From: a bacterium
GTDB taxonomy: Bacteria; Bacillota_I; Bacilli_A; RFN20; CAG-826
Direction: 5' to 3'
Length of the DNA stretch: 40,356 nucleotides
Assembly (NCBI GenBank): GCA_004561785.1
Contig: SFUB01000002.1
Coordinates: forward strand, 1-40,356
The notes beneath the pieces were generated by a model. That model was not told the origin of the DNA and made no database searches. It was given only the letters and a program-made list of their open reading frames with translations. This document shows positions 7,664 to 16,849 of this stretch, piece after piece (position 1 is the stretch's first letter; the number at the start of each line of letters is the position of its first letter). Both the position numbers and the translations under genes were made by a program.

Positions 7664-9472
7664 ATGAAAGAGTTGTTTGCATCCTTGAAAAGAACGATCC
7701 GCGATTGCAAAGGGCTTTTCTTTTTGAATTTCTTCTCGCAATTCCTGATGGTTCTTTTTTCCGTGCTCACCACTTTCTTGATTAAAGTGCTCGTGGATTT
7801 CCTTCAGGGGACCTTGGGGGAAGCCGAGTTTTTGGAGAAGTGGGTCTTGGATCTCATCAGTTTCGGGAGAGGCGTCGGATTCCTGAACGAGAACCCCCAC
7901 GCCTTGATATTGTCCGTCATCCTTTTCGGATTCCTCTCGGCGTCGAGCTCGGTGTTCCGGATGCTGATGCGCGGATACTGCGCCGAAGAGGTGAAGAAAA
8001 CGCTTCAGCTCGATTTATTCAACCACCTTGAAAAGCTTCCTTATCCCTATTATAAGTCCCACAAAGAAGGGGATCTCATCCAAACCTGCACCCGCGATGT
8101 CGACGTCGTCCAGCGGTTTTTCATCGGGGACCTTTCCCAGGCAAGCTACACCCTTTTCGTCTTCGTTCTTTGCTTCTTGATCTTGATGGGGATCTCGTGG
8201 AAGCTCACTTTGCTTTCGCTTTGCCTATTCCCGATCATGTTCCTCTATTCCTATTTCATGATCAAGAAAGTCCGCAAAGCCTACGCGGATACCGATGAGG
8301 TCGAGGCGAGGATGACCGACGATATCTCGGAGAACCTAGCCGCGGTCAGGATCGTGAAGGCCTTCAACCAAGAGAAATTCGAGATCGGCCGCTTCGAGCT
8401 GCGTCTAAGGGAATACAGGAATTCCTATTTGGCCTGGAAGAAACTCTCCTCCTTCTTCTACGCAAGCTCGGACATCTTCATCTTCGCCTCCCGGGTTCTG
8501 GCCTTGCTTTATTCCATCTATTTGGCCACCAAATCCCCCGCCGAGATCACCGCGGGGACGGTCGTCTTGGCTTATCTATTCGTCAACATGATGGTCTGGC
8601 CGATGCGAAGCCTCGCCACCTCGATGGCCAATATGGGTCAGGCGATCGCAAGCAACGACCGGATCGCCGCCGTCATGAAGGAGCGGGAAGAGGACACCCA
8701 TTCCGGGGTGACTCCCCCCATCAAAGGGAAGATCGAATTCCAGGGGGTGACCTTCGCCTATTTCGACGAGCCGGACAATAACGTCCTCAGCGGGGTGAAC
8801 TTCGTGATCGAGCCGGGGCAGACCGTGGCCATCATGGGCAAGACGGGATCCGGAAAAAGCACTCTGTCCCTCCTTTTGACGCGTCTATACGACGCGACGG
8901 AAGGCCAAATCAAAATCGACGGCACGCCCATCGAAGAGATCCAGAAGCATTACCTCCGGACCCAAATCGTCCCGGTGCTGCAGGATCCCTTCCTCTTCTC
9001 CAAATCGATCGCCGAGAACATCTCCGCCTCCCGGAAGGGGGCTTCCCGGCAAGAGATCAAACGGGCCGCCTACATCGCCTCGGTCGATCAGGCGATTTCT
9101 CGCTTCGAGGAGGGCTATGACACCCCCGTCGGCGAGAAGGGAGTCACTTTGTCCGGAGGCCAGAAGCAAAGGATCGCGATCGCCCGGACCATCCTCTCCG
9201 GGGCTCCGGTGCTCCTATTCGACGATTCGCTCTCGGCGGTCGACATGGCCACCGATTTGAGCATCCGCAGAAGGCTCAAGAGCCTCGATGCTTCCTCGAC
9301 GATCATCCTGATCACCCATCGCGTCGCGACGGCGAAGGACGCCGACCTGATCCTGGTCCTCGACGAAGGCAAAATCATCGAAGCGGGGACCCACGATCAG
9401 CTGATCGGCAAAAACGGCATCTACGCCCGGATCCATTCGATCCAGGCGTCGTTGCAGGGAAAGGAGGAATGA
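7664..9472 (+). CDS. ABC exporter, fused TMD-NBD half-transporter (subunit with the degenerate catalytic site)
   Basis: Six N-terminal TM helices are followed by an NBD with Walker A GKTGSGKST, signature LSGGQKQR, Walker B VLLFDD and H-loop ITHR. The residue after the Walker B Asp is Asp (codon 9224..9226) instead of the catalytic Glu. Confidence 0.9.
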   Translation: MKELFASLKRTIRDCKGLFFLNFFSQFLMVLFSVLTTFLIKVLVDFLQGTLGEAEFLEKWVLDLISFGRGVGFLNENPHALILSVILFGFLSASSSVFRMLMRGYCAEEVKKTLQLDLFNHLEKLPYPYYKSHKEGDLIQTCTRDVDVVQRFFIGDLSQASYTLFVFVLCFLILMGISWKLTLLSLCLFPIMFLYSYFMIKKVRKAYADTDEVEARMTDDISENLAAVRIVKAFNQEKFEIGRFELRLREYRNSYLAWKKLSSFFYASSDIFIFASRVLALLYSIYLATKSPAEITAGTVVLAYLFVNMMVWPMRSLATSMANMGQAIASNDRIAAVMKEREEDTHSGVTPPIKGKIEFQGVTFAYFDEPDNNVLSGVNFVIEPGQTVAIMGKTGSGKSTLSLLLTRLYDATEGQIKIDGTPIEEIQKHYLRTQIVPVLQDPFLFSKSIAENISASRKGASRQEIKRAAYIASVDQAISRFEEGYDTPVGEKGVTLSGGQKQRIAIARTILSGAPVLLFDDSLSAVDMATDLSIRRRLKSLDASSTIILITHRVATAKDADLILVLDEGKIIEAGTHDQLIGKNGIYARIHSIQASLQGKEE

Positions 9473-9473
9473 C

Positions 9474-11417
9474 ATGGCTGGCGGTTTCCAGGAAGAGAAG
9501 CTTCCGAACAAGCTCAATTTCGGCGTTTGGCTGCGCATCGGCAAATACGCCTTCCGACGCCCTTGGATCTTGATCCTCATTTTGTTCTTGACCCTTTTTG
9601 TCACCTTCTACGACTCAAGCTTCGTCCCAACCATGAACGCCGCGGCGGTTCAGGCGGCCACGGACAATCCGGGGACGATTCTTGATTTCTCCTCGCTTTA
9701 TCTAGAGGCCACGATGATCTTCGGATTCGAGATAAGGCTCAACTACTGGTGGTTCCTCTTCCTGCAGGTGGCGATGATCTTGGTCCGCTCGGTGGCGATC
9801 TTCTTATCCTTCTATTTTTTGAACTTCATCTCCGTCGACGTCATGACCGCTTTGAGGAGAGACACCTTCAAAAAGGTGCAGGAGCTCCCCTTCTCCTATT
9901 TCGACACCACTTCCTCCGGCTGGCTGATCGCCCGCATGAACGGGGACACTTCCGCTTTGGGGGACGTCCTCTCTTGGAACCTAAGCAACATCGTCTGGTC
10001 CTCTTTCGAACTCGTCTTCTCCTTCGTGACCATGTTCTCCGTGAATTGGAAGCTCTCCCTTTTGGTCTCGATCTCGGTCCCCGTCATGGCTGTTTTGATC
10101 CCCATTTTCGAAAGGACGCTTCTGAAAGCCCACCGCGCCGCCCGCCAAGAACACAGCGCCTTCGTCGGGTGGCTCGCCGAGGCCATCAACGGGGCCAAAA
10201 CCATCAAAACCCTCGCGATTGAGGATCAGACGGAGGAAGAGGCCAAACAAATCGCCGAATCGATCAAGAGAAAGAGGCTCAAGGCCGTCCGGATCAACGC
10301 TTTCTTCGGTCCCCTGATTTCCCTTTGTTCTTCTTTGATGATTGCCTTGCTCCTATACTGCGGCTTCTATTTCCCCAATTCCTTTGGGTTAGAGGCGGCG
10401 ACCACCGCGGCGACCCTGGTCTTGTTCGTGAGTTTCACCCAGAATATCTACAACCCCATCGAAAGCCTTTCCGAGACCTTCTCCGACTTCATCTCCGTCC
10501 AAGCGGGGGCCGAGAAGATCTCCCAGATGCTCGACGCCGAGGTCGAAATCAAAGACAAGCCGGAGGTCGTTGAGAAATACGGCACCCTCCTGGAACCCAA
10601 AAAAGAGAACTACGAGCCCTTGAAAGGCGACATCGTCTTCCGCGACGTCTGCTTCCGTTACAAAACCGGGCCCGAGGTCATCCATTCTCTTAATCTCAGG
10701 GTCCGAGAAGGGAAGAGTCTCGCGATCGTCGGCGAAACGGGCAGCGGCAAGTCCACTCTGGCCAATCTCCTCTGCCGCTTCTACGAGCCGACGTCCGGAT
10801 CCATCCTCGTCAATGGCTCCGATTACCGGAATCTGAGCCTAGGCTACCTCCGCAGCCGCATCGGCTATGTCCAGCAGACTCCCTTCGTCTTCTCCTCCTC
10901 TTTCAAGGACAACATCGCCTATGGCTCCCCCGAGGCGACCCAAGAGCAAATCGAGGCGGCCGCCAAGCTCGTCGGGATGCACGAATTCATCCTTTCCCAG
11001 AAAAAAGGCTACGACACCATCCTAGACGAAGGAGGGGGCATGCTCTCTCAGGGTCAGAAGCAGCTCATCAGCTTCGCCAGGGCCATCGTCAAGAACCCTT
11101 CGCTATTGATCCTTGACGAAGCCACGAGCAGCATCGACACCGAGACGGAGAAAGAAGTCCAATCCGCCTTGCTTAAGCTGCTCAAGGGAAGGACCTCGAT
11201 CATCATCGCCCACCGCCTCTCCACGATCGTCGACTGCGACGCCATCTTGCTCTTGGACAAAGGCAAGATCCTCGAGCAAGGCAGCCACAAGGAGCTGATG
11301 GAAAAGAAAGGGGCCTACTATTCCCTTTACATGGACCAATTCAAGGATTTGTCCTTGGATGAGCAGATCGACGCCTATCAGGAGCAGATCGAGGCCCATG
11401 GCATAAAAATCCGATAA
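9474..11417 (+). CDS. ABC exporter, fused TMD-NBD half-transporter (partner subunit with a canonical Walker B and a degenerate signature)
   Basis: Walker A is GETGSGKST, the signature is LSQGQ (11043..11057), Walker B is LLILDEATS and the H-loop is IAHR. AAGGAGG lies 6 nt upstream. The start is 1 nt after the stop of the preceding gene. Confidence 0.9.
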   Translation: MAGGFQEEKLPNKLNFGVWLRIGKYAFRRPWILILILFLTLFVTFYDSSFVPTMNAAAVQAATDNPGTILDFSSLYLEATMIFGFEIRLNYWWFLFLQVAMILVRSVAIFLSFYFLNFISVDVMTALRRDTFKKVQELPFSYFDTTSSGWLIARMNGDTSALGDVLSWNLSNIVWSSFELVFSFVTMFSVNWKLSLLVSISVPVMAVLIPIFERTLLKAHRAARQEHSAFVGWLAEAINGAKTIKTLAIEDQTEEEAKQIAESIKRKRLKAVRINAFFGPLISLCSSLMIALLLYCGFYFPNSFGLEAATTAATLVLFVSFTQNIYNPIESLSETFSDFISVQAGAEKISQMLDAEVEIKDKPEVVEKYGTLLEPKKENYEPLKGDIVFRDVCFRYKTGPEVIHSLNLRVREGKSLAIVGETGSGKSTLANLLCRFYEPTSGSILVNGSDYRNLSLGYLRSRIGYVQQTPFVFSSSFKDNIAYGSPEATQEQIEAAAKLVGMHEFILSQKKGYDTILDEGGGMLSQGQKQLISFARAIVKNPSLLILDEATSSIDTETEKEVQSALLKLLKGRTSIIIAHRLSTIVDCDAILLLDKGKILEQGSHKELMEKKGAYYSLYMDQFKDLSLDEQIDAYQEQIEAHGIKIR

Positions 11418-11436
11418 AAAGTTAATTTCTCTTCTT

Positions 11437-11457
11437 AAGGGCCGAAAGGCCCTTTTT
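11437..11457 (+). terminator. Rho-independent terminator after the ABC exporter pair
   Basis: AAGGGCC-GAAA-GGCCCTT followed by TTTTAAAA. Confidence 0.7.
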
Positions 11458-11461
11458 AAAA

Positions 11462-11490
11462 TTGAAACTCGCGGGCATTAGACCCATAAT
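11462..11490 (+). promoter_or_regulatory. Candidate promoter TTGAAA-17-CATAAT for fba
   Basis: TTGAAA is at 11462..11467 and CATAAT at 11485..11490. AGGAGG follows at about 11505..11510, before the ATG at 11518. Confidence 0.5.
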
Positions 11491-11517
11491 AAAGCCAACT
11501 AACCAGGAGGTTATCAA

Positions 11518-12399
11518 ATGTTAGTCAACGCAACAAGGATGCTGAAGGAAGCCCACGAAGGTCATTACGCCGTCGGGCATTTCAACATCAACAATCTCGA
11601 ATGGACCAAAGCCATTCTTCTCACTGCCCAAGAGCTCAACTCGCCGGTCATCCTCGGCGTCAGCGAGGGCGCCGGGAAATACATGGGCGGATTCAAGGTC
11701 GTCGTCGCGATGGTGAAGGCCCTCGATGAGTGCCTCGGCATCACCGTGCCGGTGGCCCTCCACCTCGACCACGGCACCGAAGCCGGCGTCCGCGCCTGCA
11801 TCGAGGCCGGGTTCACCTCCGTCATGTTCGACGGCAGCGCCCTCCCCTTCGAGGAGAACCTCAAGAAGACCGCTGAGCTCGTCAAGCTCGCCCACGACAA
11901 GGGCCTTTCCTTCGAGGCTGAGATCGGCTCGATCGGCGGCACGGAAGACGGCGTCACCGGGCAAGGCGAAGTCGCTGATCCCGAGCAAGCCGCGGCCATG
12001 ATCAAGACCGGCATCGACTTCCTCGCCGCCGGCATCGGCAACATCCACGGCATCTACCCCGCGAACTGGACCGGGCTCCACTTCGATGCCTTGGCCAAGA
12101 TCGACGAAGTGACCGGGGACGTCCCCCTCGTCCTTCACGGCGGAACCGGCATCCCCGACGAGATGATCAAGAAAGCCATCTCCGGCGGCATGTCCAAGAT
12201 CAACGTCAACACCGAGTGCCAGCTCGTGTTCGCCGAGGCGACCATCGAGTATTGCAAAGCCGGCAAAGCCGACCCGACCGCCGAGAACAAGGCCAAGGGC
12301 TACGATCCGCGCAAACTCCTCAAGCCGGGCTTTGAGGCCATCAAAGCCAAGGTCAAGGAGAAGATGGAGCTCTTCGGCTCCGTCGGAAAAGCCGACTGA
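11518..12399 (+). CDS. fba: Fructose-1,6-bisphosphate aldolase, class II
   Basis: GHYAVGHFNINNLEW, VALHLDHG and LVLHGGTGIP are typical class II FBA/tagatose-bisphosphate aldolase motifs. The SD is strong. Confidence 0.93.
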   Translation: MLVNATRMLKEAHEGHYAVGHFNINNLEWTKAILLTAQELNSPVILGVSEGAGKYMGGFKVVVAMVKALDECLGITVPVALHLDHGTEAGVRACIEAGFTSVMFDGSALPFEENLKKTAELVKLAHDKGLSFEAEIGSIGGTEDGVTGQGEVADPEQAAAMIKTGIDFLAAGIGNIHGIYPANWTGLHFDALAKIDEVTGDVPLVLHGGTGIPDEMIKKAISGGMSKINVNTECQLVFAEATIEYCKAGKADPTAENKAKGYDPRKLLKPGFEAIKAKVKEKMELFGSVGKAD

Positions 12400-12409
12400 A
12401 GACCAGAGA

Positions 12410-12436
12410 AGCACCCCCTCGCCGGGGTGCTTTTTT
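12410..12436 (+). terminator. Rho-independent terminator after fba
   Basis: AGCACCCC-CTCGCC-GGGGTGCT followed by TTTTTT. Confidence 0.7.
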
Positions 12437-12526
12437 CGTTGCGGAATACCGGTTTTTCTTCGTCCTTGCCTTCTTTTCTTTCTTTTCCTATTCAAAAGGG
12501 GTGAGTTGCATTAAGATGAGTCCATT

Positions 12527-13807
12527 ATGGAAAAGAAGATCCCGGATTACATCCATCCCGCGGGCTACGGGAAAACGACGTTGGCCTATTTGATCGACGC
12601 GGCTTTGACCGTCGCGATGATTTTCGTCCTCTATTATTGCATCGGGCCCACTTTGATCCTGCCGGCCCAAGGCTACTCGGAGAAGTACGATGCCTACACC
12701 GGCTTCGTCAAGGACAGCCATCTGACCGTCGGCGACGCGATGGGGACGTTTTTGAGCTACGACGCCGGGATGACCGCGGAATCCGGAGAATCCGAAACGA
12801 AGGCCGGTTACCAGAAATACCAAGAGGCGGTCACTTATTACTACACCAAATTCATCCCCGGAAACGAAAACGCCGTGTTCTACGAAGAAGACGGCGTCGC
12901 CAAGGATGCGGACGGTTCCTATAACGTCGATTCGGTTAAGGCGTTCGTCCTGAAGAAAGTCTACGCGCTGAACCCCAACGGCACCCCGATCCTTGACGAG
13001 GGCACCCAAAAGCCCAAAGACCCCTACTTCGTCTTGGACGAATCGACGGAAGATCCTTATGACGTCAAGCTCGGCGAGGAATACACCGGCGAACTCGACA
13101 ACGTCAAATTGACCCTCCTCCGCGATTACTTCTTCGCCGAAGGCAAAGGCGTCTATTACGATGCGATCGCCCATCTCTCCGCTCAGCCCTATTTCACCGG
13201 GCTGCAGTCGGAGCTCGGCATGATCCGTTATCTTTCTTTCCTCCCCGCTTTCATCATCTCCCCCTTCCTCTTCTTCTTCCTGATCCCCCTCTGCGTTCCC
13301 AATGGCAAAACAATCGGCAAGTTGATCGCCAGGACCGCCGTCTTGGGCGCGGATGGGTACAAAGCCAAGAAGCTCAACATCATTCTCCACTACGCTTGGC
13401 TCACGATCATCTGGGAGACCTTGCTGATCCCCAACACCGCGATCGGCATCATGACCTTGATGCTCATGCTCCTCATCGACTACATGGCCCTCATCCTCTC
13501 GAAGAACCATCAGTCCCTCCATGACAAAGTGGCCAGGACCATCGTCATCAACAGCAAAGAGTCGGTTTGGTTTGCCGACGAGGAGACCGCCCTCGCCTTC
13601 GCCAAGGCCCACCCAGACTCCCCCTGCGCCTCCTTCTACCGGGCCAAAGGGCTCCTCTCCGATCCCATGTCTTCGGCGGAGGAGCAAGCCTTCCTGAGGG
13701 AAGAATCGATCGTCGACCTCTCCACGATCGGCAAGGCCAGGGAAAAGGCCAAGAGCATCGTGAGCTTCGATGAGTTCGAAGCCGGCGAAGACAAAAAAGG
13801 CGAATGA
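12527..13807 (+). CDS. RDD-family membrane protein with a large extracytoplasmic insert
   Basis: The N-terminal region LAYLIDAALTVAMIFVLYY, the motif NGKTIGKLIARTAVLG, and the C-terminal NHQSLHDKVARTIVI match the RDD-domain pattern. TAAGAT (12512..12517) lies 9 nt upstream of the ATG and there is no SD. Confidence 0.7.
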   Translation: MEKKIPDYIHPAGYGKTTLAYLIDAALTVAMIFVLYYCIGPTLILPAQGYSEKYDAYTGFVKDSHLTVGDAMGTFLSYDAGMTAESGESETKAGYQKYQEAVTYYYTKFIPGNENAVFYEEDGVAKDADGSYNVDSVKAFVLKKVYALNPNGTPILDEGTQKPKDPYFVLDESTEDPYDVKLGEEYTGELDNVKLTLLRDYFFAEGKGVYYDAIAHLSAQPYFTGLQSELGMIRYLSFLPAFIISPFLFFFLIPLCVPNGKTIGKLIARTAVLGADGYKAKKLNIILHYAWLTIIWETLLIPNTAIGIMTLMLMLLIDYMALILSKNHQSLHDKVARTIVINSKESVWFADEETALAFAKAHPDSPCASFYRAKGLLSDPMSSAEEQAFLREESIVDLSTIGKAREKAKSIVSFDEFEAGEDKKGE

Positions 13808-13821
13808 GCCAACGAAAGAAG

Positions 13822-13844
13822 GCCGCGGGTCTCCCGCGGCTTTT
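13822..13844. terminator. Terminator hairpin between convergent genes (RDD gene and the minus-strand membrane ORF)
   Basis: GCCGCGGG-TCT-CCCGCGGC followed by TTTT on the plus strand. Confidence 0.55.
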
Positions 13845-13865
13845 CCTTATTGGGCCTTTTCCTTA

Positions 13866-14378
13866 TTAATAAGAAGTGAGTTTTTTGTAATGGAGGAAAA
13901 GGAAGAGGAAACAAAGAAGGGCGATCCCCAAGCCCACCCCCATCAAGACCAAATGATTGAACGTGAGGCCGAAGAGGCCAAGGAGGGCGAAGCAGAAGGC
14001 ATCTCCCGCCATGGAAAGGACGTAACGCTTATCGGCTTTCCCTTCCTGCTCAAGCGGGAAGAAAGAAGAGGTGAAGGCAAGCGCGGAGAGAGCGAGGCCC
14101 AAAAGGGCAAGAAGAGGGAAGACGATCCCTTGGAAGATCTGGTTCGGAAGAGTTTGGGTGGAAAGGAATTCCCACAGGAAGCGAAGCCCCACTCCCACGG
14201 ATTCTCCTTTCTCGTTCCAATCGATCGGGGTCTCGAAGACGGGAAGCAAAACGGAGAAGGATCCTAAGAAAGGCAATAGGGGCGTCATGGAAAGGAAAAG
14301 GGCCTTCCCTTTCGGGGCGGAGGGAGAGGGTTTCTCCTTCGGGGTTTTGAATTTGGAACCGGGTTTGTATTCTGGCAT
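13866..14378 (-). CDS. Hypothetical membrane protein (N-terminal Lys/Pro-rich segment plus about 4 TM segments)
   Basis: Hydrophobic segments include LLPFLGSFSVLLPVF, IVFPLLALLGLALSALAF, AFCFALLGLFGLTF and LMGVGLGIALLCFLFLFL. The start codon abuts the glgP terminator U-tract, so either the start or the expression route is uncertain. Confidence 0.45.
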   Translation of the reverse strand: MPEYKPGSKFKTPKEKPSPSAPKGKALFLSMTPLLPFLGSFSVLLPVFETPIDWNEKGESVGVGLRFLWEFLSTQTLPNQIFQGIVFPLLALLGLALSALAFTSSFFPLEQEGKADKRYVLSMAGDAFCFALLGLFGLTFNHLVLMGVGLGIALLCFLFLFLHYKKLTSY

Positions 14379-14401
14379 AAAAAGAGGGGCTTTCGCCCCT
14401 C
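14378..14401 (-). terminator. Rho-independent terminator after glgP
   Basis: The minus strand reads GAGGGGC-GAAA-GCCCCTC followed by TTTTTAT, and the final AT begins the ATG of the next ORF. Confidence 0.7.
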
Positions 14402-14419
14402 ATTCTAGTGGCATTTACC

Positions 14420-16837
14420 TCAACGGTGAAGATTGTATTTCTTCAGATGCCAGATATCGCGGTTGTATTCCTCGATCGTGCGGTCGGAGGAGAAGAAGCC
14501 GGAATTCGCGATGTTAGTCGCCGCCATCTTAGCCCACTTCTCTTGGTTTTTATATTCCGCCTCGATGGCTTCGCAAGCCGCGCAATAGGCGCGGTAATCG
14601 GCCAAGACGAAGAACTGGTCGTTGCGGTTCATGATCTCGTCGAAGATCATGCGGAAGCGGTTCTGATCCCCCTGGCACCAAGGGCCGGTGAAGAGGGAAT
14701 CGATGATTTCCTTCACCTCGGGATCGGAGTTGTAGACGTCCCAAGGAGAATAAGTGCCCTTTTCGTTCATCTCCTCAACTTCGTCGGCGGTGAGGCCGAA
14801 GATGACCTCGTTCTCCCTGCCGGCGCGATCGGCGATCTCGATGTTGGCCCCATCGAGGGTCCCCAGCGTTATGGCCCCGTTCATCATGAGTTTCATGTTG
14901 GAGGTGCCGGAGGCTTCTTTCCCGGCGGTGGAGATTTGCTCGGAAATGTCGGCGGCTGGGATGATATGCTCGGCCAAGGTGACCCCGTAGTTCTCGACGA
15001 AGAGGATCTTCATGAAGGCGCTTGCCCTCGGATCCTCGTCGATGACTTTTGCGACCGCGAGGATGAGTTCGATGATCTTCTTGGCGAAGGTGTAGCTCGG
15101 CGCGGCTTTGGCCCCGAAGATATAGGTGTGCGGGGTCATGGCGAAGTTCGGGTCCTTCTGCATTTTGAGGTAGATGCCCATGATGTGGAAGAGATTGAGC
15201 AGCTGCCTCTTGTAGGCGTGGAGCCTCTTGATCTGGACGTCATAGATGGAGTCCGGATTCAGTTGGACCCCATAGGTCTTGAAGGCGAAGGAGGCGAAGT
15301 CCTTCTTGTTCTCGGCTTTGACCTTCATGAGCTTTTTGAGGAACTTCGGGTCGTTCACGAAGGGCTTCAGTTTTGAGATCTCCTTCTCATAATTGCTTCT
15401 CCAGCCTTCCCCGATGGTCTCGTCAAGCAAAGCGGCGAGGCGGGGGTTGTCGTAAGCGACCCAGCGGCGTGGGGTGACCCCGTTGGTCTTGTTGTTGAAT
15501 TTATTGGGGAAATAACGGTAGAAGGCCGAGAAGGTGAAGTTCTCGAGGATGCCCGTGTGGATTTTGGCGACCCCGTTGACGGAATAGGAGGCGTAGATGG
15601 CCATGTTGGTCATGTGGATCTGGCCGTCCTTTATGATGGCCATCTCGTAGCGGTCGCTCGGGGATGGGACATTGGCGTTCAGGAAGAGGTTGAACCTGCG
15701 GGAGATTTCCTCGATGATCATGAACACGCGCGGGACGAGGGTCCTGACGTAATTGACCGGCCACTTCTCCAAAGCCTCGGGCATTACGGTGTGGTTGGTG
15801 TAGGCGAACATCTTGGTGACGATGCTCCAAGCGTCGTCCCAGCCAAAGCCGTATTCGTCCATCAAAAGCCTCATCGCCTCGGGGATCGCGAGGATCGGGT
15901 GGGTGTCGTTGAGCTGGAAGACGTAGCAATCCGGGAGGTTGTCCAGGGTGCCGAAGCGACGGAAATGGGAGCGGAAAGCGCTTTGGAGCCCGGCGGAGAC
16001 GAGGAAGTACTGCTGGCGGAGGCGGAGCATCCTGCCGTGCTCGGTGGAGTCATCGGGATAAAGGCCGTGGCAAAGCTCTTTGAGGGTGTTCAGATATTCC
16101 TCGAAGGGCTGGTCGCCAGGGAGGTTGTTCTCGCTCGGCTCGGCCGACCAAAGGCGGAGGGTGTTGGCCACGCCGTTGCGGTAGCCCGGGATCGAGACGT
16201 CGTAGGGTACGGCGCGGACGCAGGTCGCGTTGACGGTGCGGAGGGCATATTCCCCGTTGGGTTTCAGATAAGTCTCGGCGTTGCCGTAGAACTGGACTTC
16301 GACGGCGTGCTTGGGTTTGCGGACTTCGAAGACGAAGCCGTTGGAAAGCCATTGGTCCGGGAGTTCCACTTGCTGGCCGTTCACGAACTTCTGACGGAAG
16401 AAACCGTATTCGTAACGGATGGTGTTGCCGTGCCCGGGGTAGCCCAAGGAAGCGATGGAATCGAGGAAGCAGGCGGCCAGTCGGCCCAAGCCCCCGTTGC
16501 CGAGTCCAGCGTCGGCTTCAAGGTCTTCTAGCTCCCCGATGTCGATGCCGAGCTCTTCCAGTCCGTCTCTAGCGACATCGTAGATGCCTAGGTTCTGCAT
16601 GTTGTTGAGCAGCAATCGGCCCATCAGGAACTCCATGGAGAAGTAGATGAGTTGCTTCGGGTTGTCCTGGAGGACGTCCTCGCGGCATTGCCGCCAATCA
16701 TAGCCCGCGTAATCGCGGACCATCTCGCCGAGGATGTCGTATCTTTCGGTGATGTGGCTGTCTTCGACGGAGCGGCCGTATTTCTCCTCAAGGTGCCTGG
16801 CGAAGGTCTCTTTGAAGTCTTGTTTGGAATCGAACAT
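14420..16837 (-). CDS. glgP: Alpha-glucan (glycogen/maltodextrin) phosphorylase
   Basis: The length is 805 aa. The pyridoxal-phosphate site EASGTSNMK and GLGNGGLGRLAACFLDS are present. AAGGAG lies upstream of the ATG. Confidence 0.95.
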   Translation of the reverse strand: MFDSKQDFKETFARHLEEKYGRSVEDSHITERYDILGEMVRDYAGYDWRQCREDVLQDNPKQLIYFSMEFLMGRLLLNNMQNLGIYDVARDGLEELGIDIGELEDLEADAGLGNGGLGRLAACFLDSIASLGYPGHGNTIRYEYGFFRQKFVNGQQVELPDQWLSNGFVFEVRKPKHAVEVQFYGNAETYLKPNGEYALRTVNATCVRAVPYDVSIPGYRNGVANTLRLWSAEPSENNLPGDQPFEEYLNTLKELCHGLYPDDSTEHGRMLRLRQQYFLVSAGLQSAFRSHFRRFGTLDNLPDCYVFQLNDTHPILAIPEAMRLLMDEYGFGWDDAWSIVTKMFAYTNHTVMPEALEKWPVNYVRTLVPRVFMIIEEISRRFNLFLNANVPSPSDRYEMAIIKDGQIHMTNMAIYASYSVNGVAKIHTGILENFTFSAFYRYFPNKFNNKTNGVTPRRWVAYDNPRLAALLDETIGEGWRSNYEKEISKLKPFVNDPKFLKKLMKVKAENKKDFASFAFKTYGVQLNPDSIYDVQIKRLHAYKRQLLNLFHIMGIYLKMQKDPNFAMTPHTYIFGAKAAPSYTFAKKIIELILAVAKVIDEDPRASAFMKILFVENYGVTLAEHIIPAADISEQISTAGKEASGTSNMKLMMNGAITLGTLDGANIEIADRAGRENEVIFGLTADEVEEMNEKGTYSPWDVYNSDPEVKEIIDSLFTGPWCQGDQNRFRMIFDEIMNRNDQFFVLADYRAYCAACEAIEAEYKNQEKWAKMAATNIANSGFFSSDRTIEEYNRDIWHLKKYNLHR

Positions 16838-16849
16838 GCTATTCTCCTT

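Noticed and set aside
11521-12495. 324-aa minus-strand ORF antisense to fba (and the nested 162-aa ORF at 11565..12053)
   Set aside because: It is fully contained opposite an unmistakable class II aldolase. The composition (G/D/E/V/A/L runs) is typical of antisense frames in GC-rich genes, where stop codons are depleted.
12488-13687. 399-aa minus-strand ORF antisense to the RDD gene
   Set aside because: It shows the same antisense artefact pattern. The plus-strand frame carries RDD motifs and TM segments, while the minus frame has none.
13840-13867. Direct repeat CTTTTCCTTATT x2 (13840..13851 and 13856..13867) next to the terminator
   Set aside because: It is short (12 nt) and T-rich. It overlaps the terminator U-tract and the stop codon of the minus-strand ORF, so it is most simply local slippage or low complexity.
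13770-14267. 165-aa Lys/Glu-rich plus-strand ORF
   Set aside because: It starts inside the RDD gene, runs through the terminator at 13822..13844 and lies opposite the more plausible TM-rich minus-strand ORF. The charged repeats are the mirror image of Phe/Leu-rich codons.
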